Positions 10,033 through 18,054 of a stretch of DNA of 27,108 nt are shown in pieces (position 1 is the stretch's first letter; each line of letters begins with the position of its first letter). This DNA comes from Trueperaceae bacterium (GTDB taxonomy: Bacteria; Deinococcota; Deinococci; Deinococcales; Trueperaceae), in the NCBI GenBank assembly GCA_035703635.1, contig DASSXV010000055.1, forward strand, positions 1 through 27,108, in the 5' to 3' direction. The position numbers and the translations under genes are program-made. The notes beneath the pieces were generated by a model. That model was not told where the DNA came from, did no database searches, and saw nothing but the letters and a program-made list of their open reading frames with translations.

Positions 10033-11606
10033 GACGCCGTCCCGGTCGTCTGCTCGTCACGCGCGACTTCTGGTTCGTACGGCACCCGCACGTTGACGCT
10101 GGTGCCGACGCCAAGCGTGCTGCTGATGCTCAAGGTGCCGCCAAGCGCCGTGATGCGCTCGTGCATGGAGGTGAGGCCAAGGTGCCCGGGGTAGGCCACT
10201 TGAGTGTCGAAGCCAACGCCGTCGTCGGCGACCTCCAAGTGCAGCACCTGGTTCTCATGGCGCGCGCTCACCGTCACGGTCGTGGCGCTAGCGTGCTTGA
10301 CGACGTTATGCAGCGCTTCCTGGGCTACGCGCAACACCACCTGCTTCGTGGTGAACGGCATGTCCGGCTCCTGCCCGAGGCGGCGAACGGCGCGCAGTTC
10401 GTGGCGCAGCTCGAGCCCGTCGAGCTGCCTGTGCAGCGCGCCCATGAGCCCGACCTCCGCGAGGGCCTCCGGTCGCAACTCGAAGATCAGGGCGCGCATC
10501 TCCGCCAGTGCTGCCTCCGAGAGCTCGATCACGCCGGCTAGCCCGCGGCGCACGGCCTCCACGTCCTCCTCTAGGTGCCGCTCCGCCGCGTGAGCAGTCA
10601 AGACGACGGAGTAGATGGCCTGGCTGACGGAGTCGTGCAGTTCGCGGGCGAGGTGGCGCCGCTCGTCCTCGGCTGCCTCGTCGCGCGCCAACTCGTAGAG
10701 CCGGTTGTTCTCGAGGGCCACGGCAGCTTGCGCCGCCAAACCGCCCACCCACCTCAAGCTCTCCTCGTCCCAGCCGCTCCCTGCTTGCGCGGTGGCCGTC
10801 AGGACGCCGACCACGCGGTCGCGAGCGCGCAGTGGCAGCGCCAACTGATCGCCGGCTACCACGGCGTGCGGCACGATCTCGCTGAGGCTGCCTTCCAGAC
10901 CGGGGTTCGGGGGCGCGTGAGCCGCGCCAGCGCCCTGCTCGCCCAAACGCGCCAAGCGCACTAGCTTGCCGGTCGGCTCGAGCTCCATGATCTCGGCGGC
11001 GGCAACGCGGCCTCCGGCTACTAGCTGTTGCAGCACGGCGTCTATCTGCGGCCGCAAGTCCGTCGTAAGCGCGATGGTGTTCGACAGTGACAACAGCGCG
11101 CGCAGCTCGGTCGTGCGGGCCACGACGCGCGCCTCGAGATCGCCTTGGGCGGCGGCCAGGTTGTCAGCCATGGCGTCGAACGAGCGGGCCAGCTCACCGA
11201 GTTCGGAGCGGTCGGCTAGGTCGACGCGCGCGGCCAAGTCGCCTGCCGCCAGCGCGCGACTGGCGTGCGTGAGGCGCGAGATGGGGTCGACGAGCAGCGC
11301 ACGAGAGAACGCAGCAGCCGCGAGGAGCGTGACGGCCACGACGACGGCGAGGTTGACGAGGGTGCTGCGCAGCACGGCCGTGACGGTGGCCTGGTCGCCG
11401 CCCGCCACGGCCGCGGCCGCGCCCGCCAGGTCCGTGCCTGGAGCCACGGAAACGGCCGCCAACCCACGCCACAACAAGATGCCAGTTGCGACCGCCAGCA
11501 CGGCGACCACGGCCAAGAGCAGGAGCGTCAAGCGGTTGCTGAGACTGTGGTACCAGGCCGTCCGGGTAGTGCCGTGCTCGGTGACGGGCGCGGCTTCAGG
11601 GGCCAC
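10029..11606 (-). CDS. Sensor histidine kinase (2 TM, HAMP, GAF-like, HisKA_3, HATPase)
   Basis: ERRHLARELHDSVSQ H-box, ELRP, QEALHNVVKHA, DDGVGF and GHLGLTSMHER. Likely start is GTG 11606 after GAGGGG; the ORF-track start at 11675 lies deep inside the regulator gene. Confidence 0.92.
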   Translation of the reverse strand: MAPEAAPVTEHGTTRTAWYHSLSNRLTLLLLAVVAVLAVATGILLWRGLAAVSVAPGTDLAGAAAAVAGGDQATVTAVLRSTLVNLAVVVAVTLLAAAAFSRALLVDPISRLTHASRALAAGDLAARVDLADRSELGELARSFDAMADNLAAAQGDLEARVVARTTELRALLSLSNTIALTTDLRPQIDAVLQQLVAGGRVAAAEIMELEPTGKLVRLARLGEQGAGAAHAPPNPGLEGSLSEIVPHAVVAGDQLALPLRARDRVVGVLTATAQAGSGWDEESLRWVGGLAAQAAVALENNRLYELARDEAAEDERRHLARELHDSVSQAIYSVVLTAHAAERHLEEDVEAVRRGLAGVIELSEAALAEMRALIFELRPEALAEVGLMGALHRQLDGLELRHELRAVRRLGQEPDMPFTTKQVVLRVAQEALHNVVKHASATTVTVSARHENQVLHLEVADDGVGFDTQVAYPGHLGLTSMHERITALGGTLSISSTLGVGTSVNVRVPYEPEVARDEQTTGTAS

Positions 11607-12240
11607 GAACCACCAGCCCCTCGCGCATGGCGTACAGCGCGGCCTGCGTGCGGCTCTTGAGCTCGAGCTTGGCAAGCAAGTTGGAGACGTGGCTTTTCAC
11701 CGTCGCCTCCGCTATCTCCAACTGTTGGGCGATGCGCTTGTTCGTCGCGCCGCCCGCCAGTAGTTTGAGGACTTCCAACTCGCGCTCGGTTAGGACCGCG
11801 TGGGGGGCGCCGCCGCTGCGCACCTCGCGCACGAGGCGTTGCTGCGCGCGGGGATCGAGACGCACCTCGCCGCGCGCGGCGGCGCGCACTGCCTCGAAGA
11901 GCTCGTCAGGGCGCGTCTCCTTGAGCATGTACCCGGCCGCGCCCGCCTCGACGACATCGATGACGAGCCGGTCCTCGAGGACGCTCGTAAGCGCAACGAC
12001 CTCCACGTCCGGGTACTCGCGGCGGATGACGCGCGTGGCGTCGACGCCGTTCATGACCGGCATGAGGAGGTCCATGACGACGACATCTGGACGGAGCTCG
12101 CCTACGCGCTGCACGGCTTCCTGGCCGTTAGCCGCCTCGCCGATCACGTGCAGGTCCGACTCGAGGTCGAAAGCTAGGCGTAGGCCGCGGCGCACTACGG
12201 TGTGGTCGTCAACGAGCAAAACGCGGATGCGGGCGGGCAT
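11596..12240 (-). CDS. NarL/LuxR-family response regulator
   Basis: VLLVDDH, DLLMPVMNG, GYMLK receiver domain and LTERELEVL...TVKSHVSNLLAKL HTH. Start ATG 12240 with GGAAGG upstream. Confidence 0.95.
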   Translation of the reverse strand: MPARIRVLLVDDHTVVRRGLRLAFDLESDLHVIGEAANGQEAVQRVGELRPDVVVMDLLMPVMNGVDATRVIRREYPDVEVVALTSVLEDRLVIDVVEAGAAGYMLKETRPDELFEAVRAAARGEVRLDPRAQQRLVREVRSGGAPHAVLTERELEVLKLLAGGATNKRIAQQLEIAEATVKSHVSNLLAKLELKSRTQAALYAMREGLVVRGP

Positions 12241-12259
12241 TTCGTCACCTTCCGCGCTC

Positions 12260-12356
12260 AGCGTACCCGGGCCGACCACGCGGCGCCTCACCCTTTCGGA
12301 TGAGACAGACTGCCCCCCGACTGCCGAGGCGCGAACCGCCCCGCTGCGCCTAGCCT
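12260..12356. promoter_or_regulatory. Divergent promoter region with palindrome CTCAnCC-N4-GGnTGAG (12287-12304) and -10 boxes TACGCT (minus, 12265-12260) and TAGCCT (plus, 12351-12356)
   Basis: Inverted repeat seen directly. Its architecture resembles NarL-family 7-2-7 sites. Confidence 0.55.
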
Positions 12357-12406
12357 TGGAGCATGAGGCGCGGAGGGTGAAGCGCGCAACGACCGGAGGC
12401 ACGAGA

Positions 12407-13228
12407 ATGGAACGAGACCGCAAGTTCGACAACAAGACGATCACTGGAGCAGCGCTCGTCGCGCTAGGCCTGCTAGTTCTGTTGGGAGGCATGGGGTTCT
12501 CCGGCCTGGTAGGGCGCTTCATGGGCGCGCTGCTCTTCGCTGGGCTGGCGTACTTCGTTTACCTGGAGGGTCGGCGCAAGGGCAACGGCGTCTTGCAGCT
12601 AGCTGCGCTGCCTCTCGCTGGCCTCGCGCTAGCTAGCTTGCTCGCGGGCTTCGGTGGTGGCGCACTCTTCTTGGCCGCCGTCGGGTTGGCGTTCGCGTTC
12701 GCGTGGCGCCAGAACCCGGAGCGCTGGTGGGCCGTGATCGTGGCCGGCGTGTTGGGGTCGACCGCCATCTCGGCGGCGCTGCCGCGCGCCCTCGGGGGCG
12801 TCAAGGACACGCTCTTCCTCCTCGGCATGGCGGCCACGTTCTTCGCTCTTACGCGCCTGCGCGTCAAGCCGCAGCCGTGGGCCATCTACCCGGCGGCCGC
12901 ACTTGGCGTGCTGGCTCTCCTCGGCCTGGCTGGTGGGCGCTCCGGGTGGCTGGTGCCAACCCTGCTCATCGGCGGCGGTCTGTACCTACTGTTGCAACGG
13001 GGGCGTTTTAGCAAACCTGGCGCCCAAGCCGCGCCGACTCCGCCGACGACTGGCCCCGTTGCCTCGGTCGCGCCAACGCAGCCCGTGGACGCAACAGCGC
13101 CAGCACCGGCAGCTCCGCCGACGACCAGCGCGCCCCTAGTTCACCTAGAGAACGAGAACGCCCCCCTGGACGGCCCTGCGGCCGAGGGAGGCGCTAAGGT
13201 GCCCGACCCGAACAAGGGGCCGAGCTGA
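12407..13228 (+). CDS. Polytopic membrane protein with Pro/Ala/Thr-rich C-terminal tail (paralog of 9346..10032)
   Basis: GGAGG RBS before ATG 12407, about 8 TM segments, and the motif LFLLGMAATF...WAIYPA. The ORF-track extension to 11627 is an antisense shadow. Confidence 0.85.
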   Translation: MERDRKFDNKTITGAALVALGLLVLLGGMGFSGLVGRFMGALLFAGLAYFVYLEGRRKGNGVLQLAALPLAGLALASLLAGFGGGALFLAAVGLAFAFAWRQNPERWWAVIVAGVLGSTAISAALPRALGGVKDTLFLLGMAATFFALTRLRVKPQPWAIYPAAALGVLALLGLAGGRSGWLVPTLLIGGGLYLLLQRGRFSKPGAQAAPTPPTTGPVASVAPTQPVDATAPAPAAPPTTSAPLVHLENENAPLDGPAAEGGAKVPDPNKGPS

Positions 13229-13230
13229 CG

Positions 13231-13989
13231 TCACTCGAAGGCGGTTGGCGCGTCCGGGTCGAGTAGGTAGTAGTTCTCACTGCGAGTCAGGCGGTCCGAG
13301 AAGTTGCTCGTTTGAGCATCTTCCGGGCCGTTCTCGTCCCAGTTGGCGAACATCACTTCCGTCTGCGAGCGGTGCGCCCTCAAGGCGTCCAGCTTCGTCT
13401 GCACGACCGGCCGGATGTCGGCCACCACTTGCGGTTGGCCTAGTTGGGCGAGCAGCACTTCCGGGTCGCCAACGGCGGCGGCCAACAAGCGCGGCCTCGA
13501 AGCGGCTGGCATGCTGCGCACGGCCAGCACGGTGGCGTGACCGAGCGCGTCGTGATCAGGGTGAACGCCGTAGCCTGGATAGTAGAGGAGCACGCTCGAG
13601 GCGCCGAGTTCCTCGATGACCGCGCGGATGCTGGCGGCCACTTGGTTGGGGTCCTCGAACTCTATGCACTTGTCGCGCAGGCCCATGAAGCGCAGCTCGC
13701 AACGGAGGACGTTGCAGGCGTCGCGCAGTTCGATGGTGCGCACGTCGCGCAGCGCCTCGCGGTTGGTGAAGGCCGGCCGCCCCATGCGCCGCCCCATGTC
13801 GCCGTAGGTCCCGCATAAGTACATGGTCCGCACGCCGGCCTCGGCGCACAGCGCCAAGGTGCCGCCAGTTGCGAACGACTCGTCGTCAGGGTGCGGCAGT
13901 ACGGACAGCACGGCGAACTCTTTGGTGGCGTCGAACGGTTGCGCGTGGTCGGTTGCGTGGCTGGCGGTCGGCGTGTTCTCAGCGAGCAT
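13231..13989 (-). CDS. bshB2: Bacillithiol biosynthesis deacetylase BshB2 (PIG-L family)
   Basis: PHPDDESF, TYGDMGRRMG, GLRDK, YPGYGVHPDHDA and AHRSQ motifs. Directly downstream of yojF, as in Bacillus yojF-yojG. Confidence 0.88.
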   Translation of the reverse strand: MLAENTPTASHATDHAQPFDATKEFAVLSVLPHPDDESFATGGTLALCAEAGVRTMYLCGTYGDMGRRMGRPAFTNREALRDVRTIELRDACNVLRCELRFMGLRDKCIEFEDPNQVAASIRAVIEELGASSVLLYYPGYGVHPDHDALGHATVLAVRSMPAASRPRLLAAAVGDPEVLLAQLGQPQVVADIRPVVQTKLDALRAHRSQTEVMFANWDENGPEDAQTSNFSDRLTRSENYYLLDPDAPTAFE

Positions 13990-14347
13990 CTTCAGGGCCC
14001 TCCCTGAACGGCGTGACCGAGAGTTGCAGCGCCATGGTGAGCTGGCCCTCGCAGTCGAGGCCAGCTAGGAGCAGCTCGCCGCGTTCGTTGATGTCGAAGT
14101 CGGTGAGGCCGTCCGCGTACACCCAACCTTCGTCCAGCTTCAAGCCAACGCGGTACGGGCCGGAGCCGGTGACGGTGCCACGCGCGTAGTTGACGCGTGC
14201 GTTCCGCACGAACGCGATGACGGGGTTCTTCTTCTCGGGACCGAGCTTCGTGTAAGAACCGGTGGTGGTCTCGAGGTGCAGGAAGACTTCTTGTCCGAGC
14301 CGCTTGTCTAGCTCGGCCTGCACGGCGTGACGATCGATGGGCCTCAA
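13979..14347 (-). CDS. yojF: YojF/DUF1806 family protein
   Basis: HLETTTGSY, RNA, GPYRVGLK, GWVYADGLT and ALQLS.TPF match Bacillus YojF as I recall it. TTG start with GGAGG RBS. Confidence 0.88.
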   Translation of the reverse strand: MRPIDRHAVQAELDKRLGQEVFLHLETTTGSYTKLGPEKKNPVIAFVRNARVNYARGTVTGSGPYRVGLKLDEGWVYADGLTDFDINERGELLLAGLDCEGQLTMALQLSVTPFREGPEDAR

Positions 14348-14555
14348 GTAGATCCTCCGAGTGGCTCGCGCAGAACCTACGTGGGGGCACCGCCTGGCGC
14401 GTGAGCCTAGCGCGCCGCGGCGGCGGTGTCCGCCCGCGACGGCTCGGTGAGATTGTACTGCCCTGGCGTTGGGCCGGGCTGTGAGTGGCCAAGTGCGGGA
14501 GCTGCCGCACGGTGGTGGCGCGAACCGCTCGCGCTGCCACCGCTATGATTCGTGC

Positions 14556-15734
14556 ATGAACTGGCTACCAGTGGTGCAAGAGGAGTTGCAGAGGCAGGGC
14601 CTCGACGCTTGGTTGATCTACGATTTCCGCCGCGGCAACGCACTAGCGGCGCCGATCTTGCGGCCGTTACTCGAGGGGAACACGGCGAGCCGCCGCGTGT
14701 TCCTGCTCGTGCCTGCCAGCGGGCGGCCGACGCTGGCGGTGCATGCCATCGAGGTCGGCTCGCTCAAGCCGAACGCCGACATCGACTTCGTCAGCTACTC
14801 CGGCCGCGAGAGCATGCAGGGCGTACTGGCGGACCTCCTCGAGGGACGCGAGCGGGTGGCCATGGAGTACAGCCCCAACGGCGACAACCCTTACGTGGGG
14901 CGCGTCGATGCCGGCACGGTCGAGTGGGTGAGGTCCTTCGGCGTCGACGTGGTTTCGTCAGGCGACGTGGCGCAGATCCTCGAAGTCTGGACGCCAGAGC
15001 AGCTGGAGCAGCACCTCACGGCCGCCGAGGGCGTGATGGGCGCCAAGGACGCCGCCTTCCGCTTCATCGCGCAGCGCGTCCAGCTGGGCTTGGAGGTTAC
15101 GGAGGGAGAGGTGCAGCGCCTCATCGAGGCGCACTTCGCCGAACTCGGCCTCGTCACGGGCAGCTCACCTAACGTGAGCTTCGGCGCCCACAGCGGCGAC
15201 CCGCACTACCACCCTCTGCCGGGGGTGCGCGACGCTACCCTCGCGCCGGGGGATGTCGTGCTCATCGACCTGTGGGCCAAGGTCGACCTACCAACGGCGC
15301 CCTACGCGGACGTGACCTGGATGGGCGTGCACGGCGAACCGAGCCCCGAGATCCAGCGCGTGTGGGAGGTCGTCAAGGGTGCCCGCGACGCCGCGCTGCG
15401 CTCGATCGCCACCGCCTACGCCGAGGGGCGCTGGCCGAGTGGCGCCGAAGCCGACCACGCCTCCCGCGAAGTGCTGGAAGACGCCGGATACGGCGAGGCG
15501 TTCACGCACCGCACTGGCCATAGCCTTGGTGTCAGCGCCACGCACGGGGTGGCCGTCCACCTTGACGGCTTCGAGACCAACGACACGCGCGCCCTGCGCC
15601 CTGGCATCGGGGTGACGATCGAGCCTGGCGCTTACTTCCCCGCCTTCGGCGTGCGCTCCGAGATCAACGTCTTCCTAGACGAGGACGGCCCGCGCGCCAC
15701 CACGGACCTCCAGGACGAACTTGAGCTCATCTGA
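14556..15734 (+). CDS. M24-family Xaa-Pro peptidase
   Basis: DPHY, LIDLWAK, YADVTW, HRTGHSLG, TIEPG and GVRSE metal ligands. ATG 14556 lies 6 nt after TATGAT. Confidence 0.9.
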   Translation: MNWLPVVQEELQRQGLDAWLIYDFRRGNALAAPILRPLLEGNTASRRVFLLVPASGRPTLAVHAIEVGSLKPNADIDFVSYSGRESMQGVLADLLEGRERVAMEYSPNGDNPYVGRVDAGTVEWVRSFGVDVVSSGDVAQILEVWTPEQLEQHLTAAEGVMGAKDAAFRFIAQRVQLGLEVTEGEVQRLIEAHFAELGLVTGSSPNVSFGAHSGDPHYHPLPGVRDATLAPGDVVLIDLWAKVDLPTAPYADVTWMGVHGEPSPEIQRVWEVVKGARDAALRSIATAYAEGRWPSGAEADHASREVLEDAGYGEAFTHRTGHSLGVSATHGVAVHLDGFETNDTRALRPGIGVTIEPGAYFPAFGVRSEINVFLDEDGPRATTDLQDELELI

Positions 15735-16695
15735 GGCCGGCGCGCCGCGGCTGGTCGTCGTTGGCGACTACGCCTGGGACGTCCTCATCCGCACGAACTC
15801 GCCGCTGCAGAGCGGCGGGGACGTGTTCGGCGAGGTGCAACTAGCCGCTGGAGGCAGCGCCGCCAACACGGCGGTGTGGGCGCAGCGCTGTGGGCTGCAG
15901 ACGCACTTCATCGGCAAGATCGGGCACGACTCCTTCGGGCAACTCGCCGTCGAGGAGCTGCGCGCGGAGGGGTTGAGCGCCGATTGGGTGAGGAGCGACG
16001 CGCACCTGACTGGCGCGGTTGCCGTGTGGATCGACCAGGTTGGTGAGCGCTCCATGGTGTCTGGCAAAGGCGCGGATCACTACCTGTTGCCTTCCGAGTT
16101 GCCAGTAGAAACCCTAGGCGGGGCGCAGCACCTCCACCTGCACGGTTGGTCGTTCTTCGGCGACCCACCACGCGCGGCGGCGCGCCGCGCGGCCAAGCTC
16201 GTCACGCAAGGTGGCGGGCGGGTGTCGTTCGACCCAGGTTCGTTCCAGATGATCAGCCAGATGGGCGTCGAGCGCTTCCTGTCCGTCACCACCGACTTGG
16301 GCGCCGACCTGATCTTCCCAAACTTCGAGGAGGGCAAGGTGTTGTCTGGCGAGGACGAACCAGAGAAGATCTGCGCCCGCCTGCACGAGCTTTACCCTGG
16401 CGCGCTAGTGGTGCTGAAGCTCGACGCGTCCGGTTGCTACGTGTACGAGCGCGGCAGGGGCGAGTACCTTGGCGCCGTGAGCACGCGCCTCGTCGACTCG
16501 ACTGGCGCAGGTGACTCGTTCGCTGGCGCGTTCATCGCCGACTGGCTGACCGGCGCCGCCCCGGTGGAGGCGGCGCGGCGCGCGAACCGCGTGTCCGCCT
16601 GGGTCGTCGAGCGGGTGGGGGCAAGGCCGCTGCCGGACGAGGCGTTGGCCCAGGTGCTGCCGCCCGCAGCGAGATCGGTCGCCAACCGGCGGTAG
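15721..16695 (+). CDS. PfkB/ribokinase-family carbohydrate kinase
   Basis: GGSAANTA, GKIGHDSFG, PNFEE and DSTGAGDSFAGAF motifs. Confidence 0.92.
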   Translation: MSSSEAGAPRLVVVGDYAWDVLIRTNSPLQSGGDVFGEVQLAAGGSAANTAVWAQRCGLQTHFIGKIGHDSFGQLAVEELRAEGLSADWVRSDAHLTGAVAVWIDQVGERSMVSGKGADHYLLPSELPVETLGGAQHLHLHGWSFFGDPPRAAARRAAKLVTQGGGRVSFDPGSFQMISQMGVERFLSVTTDLGADLIFPNFEEGKVLSGEDEPEKICARLHELYPGALVVLKLDASGCYVYERGRGEYLGAVSTRLVDSTGAGDSFAGAFIADWLTGAAPVEAARRANRVSAWVVERVGARPLPDEALAQVLPPAARSVANRR

Positions 16696-16707
16696 ACTCG
16701 GGGCAAC

Positions 16708-18054
16708 ATGCTTAGACCGAGTACAACTTTCTCGGCCACCTCGGAGCGGTCCGGCCCCAACGTTAGCGCTGGGCGCGGCACTGGCGTTGTGGTGGCCGCA
16801 GGCGCGCGCCTGCCGTTCAGCCGCGCAGGCAGCGACTACCGTGAGTGGGTGGCTTACGACCTGGCGCGCATGGCGTTGGCGGGCGTCGTTGGCCGTGCAC
16901 AGGTGCGCCCCGAGGACGTCGACCAGGTCGTCATGGGCACGGTCGTGCAGAACGTCGCCACCAGCAACGTGGCGCGCGACGCCGCGCTCGCGGCCGGACT
17001 GCCCTCGAACGTACCGGCGCACACGGTAACGGTCGCATGCATCTCGGCCAACCGCGCCATCGCGGACGCCACCATGGCCATAGCCGCCGGCCACGCCAAC
17101 CTCGCGGTGGCTGGTGGGGTGGAGATGCTCGGCGACGTGCCAGTCGGCTTCAGCCGCGAGCTGCGCAGGCGCTTCTTCGACAGCCGCCGCTACAAGGGAC
17201 TGAAGGACTGGCCCGCGTTCTTCCAGGGCCTCAAGCCGCGCGAGCTACTGCCGCAGGCGCCAGCCATCGCCGAGTTCTCGACGGGCGAGACGATGGGCGC
17301 GAGCGCCGACCGCCTAGCGGCCCGTTTCGGCGTCACGCGCGCCGAGCAGGACGCCTACGCGCTGCGCTCCCACCAGGGCGCCGCCGCCAACCGCGCGCAC
17401 TTGGCCGAGGAGACGGTGCCGGTGGTGGTGCCGCCCAAGGGCGTGGTCGTCAAGGCGGACAACGGGGTGCGCGAGGACACCAGCCTCGAGCGCCTCGCCA
17501 AGCTGCCTCCCGCCTTCGTCAAACCGTTCGGGACGGTAACGGCAGGCAACGCCAGCCCCCTGACGGACGGGGCGGCTGCCGTTGTGCTCATGCGCGAAGA
17601 GCGGGCCCTGGCGGAGGGCCGGACCGGTCTGGCGCGGATCGTCGACTTCAACTTCGTGGCGCAGGACCCCGGTGACGAGCTCCTGCTTGGACCCGCTTAC
17701 GCCGCGCCGCGGCTGTTGGCGCGTCATGGCTTGGCGTGGAGCGACGTAGACGTCATCGAGATCCACGAGGCGTTCGCCGGTCAAGTACTCGCGGTGCTCA
17801 GGGCGCTGGAGTCCGACCTGTTCGGCCGCACCAGCCTCGGGCTAGCCGGCGCCTTCGCGCCTGACATCGACATGGCGAAGATCAACCCCTGGGGAGGCTC
17901 GATCTCGCTGGGCCACCCGTTCGGGGCGACAGGCGCGCGCCTCGTGACGACGGCCGTGCACCGCCTTCACGTCGAGGACGGACGCTACGCGCTCGTGGCG
18001 GCCTGCGCCGCAGGCGGACAGGGGCACGCCATGCTCCTCGAGAGGCTCGCATGA
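16708..18054 (+). CDS. fadI: 3-ketoacyl-CoA thiolase, FadI/trifunctional-enzyme beta type
   Basis: TVACISAN (catalytic Cys), AIAEFSTGETMG, HEAFAGQ, GHPFGATG and CAAGGQG. ATGA-coupled to a fadJ-like gene. Confidence 0.88.
   Translation: MLRPSTTFSATSERSGPNVSAGRGTGVVVAAGARLPFSRAGSDYREWVAYDLARMALAGVVGRAQVRPEDVDQVVMGTVVQNVATSNVARDAALAAGLPSNVPAHTVTVACISANRAIADATMAIAAGHANLAVAGGVEMLGDVPVGFSRELRRRFFDSRRYKGLKDWPAFFQGLKPRELLPQAPAIAEFSTGETMGASADRLAARFGVTRAEQDAYALRSHQGAAANRAHLAEETVPVVVPPKGVVVKADNGVREDTSLERLAKLPPAFVKPFGTVTAGNASPLTDGAAAVVLMREERALAEGRTGLARIVDFNFVAQDPGDELLLGPAYAAPRLLARHGLAWSDVDVIEIHEAFAGQVLAVLRALESDLFGRTSLGLAGAFAPDIDMAKINPWGGSISLGHPFGATGARLVTTAVHRLHVEDGRYALVAACAAGGQGHAMLLERLA

Noticed and set aside
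11627-12406. N-terminal half of the 533-aa plus-strand ORF (and the 11596..12522 extension of the regulator)
   Set aside because: Antisense shadow of the response regulator and intergenic DNA. Real starts with RBS are at 12407 (+) and 12240 (-).
13020-13140. Pro/Ala/Thr-rich repetitive-looking DNA
   Set aside because: Low-complexity protein tail with no regular DNA repeat unit or spacers, so not a CRISPR array or VNTR.
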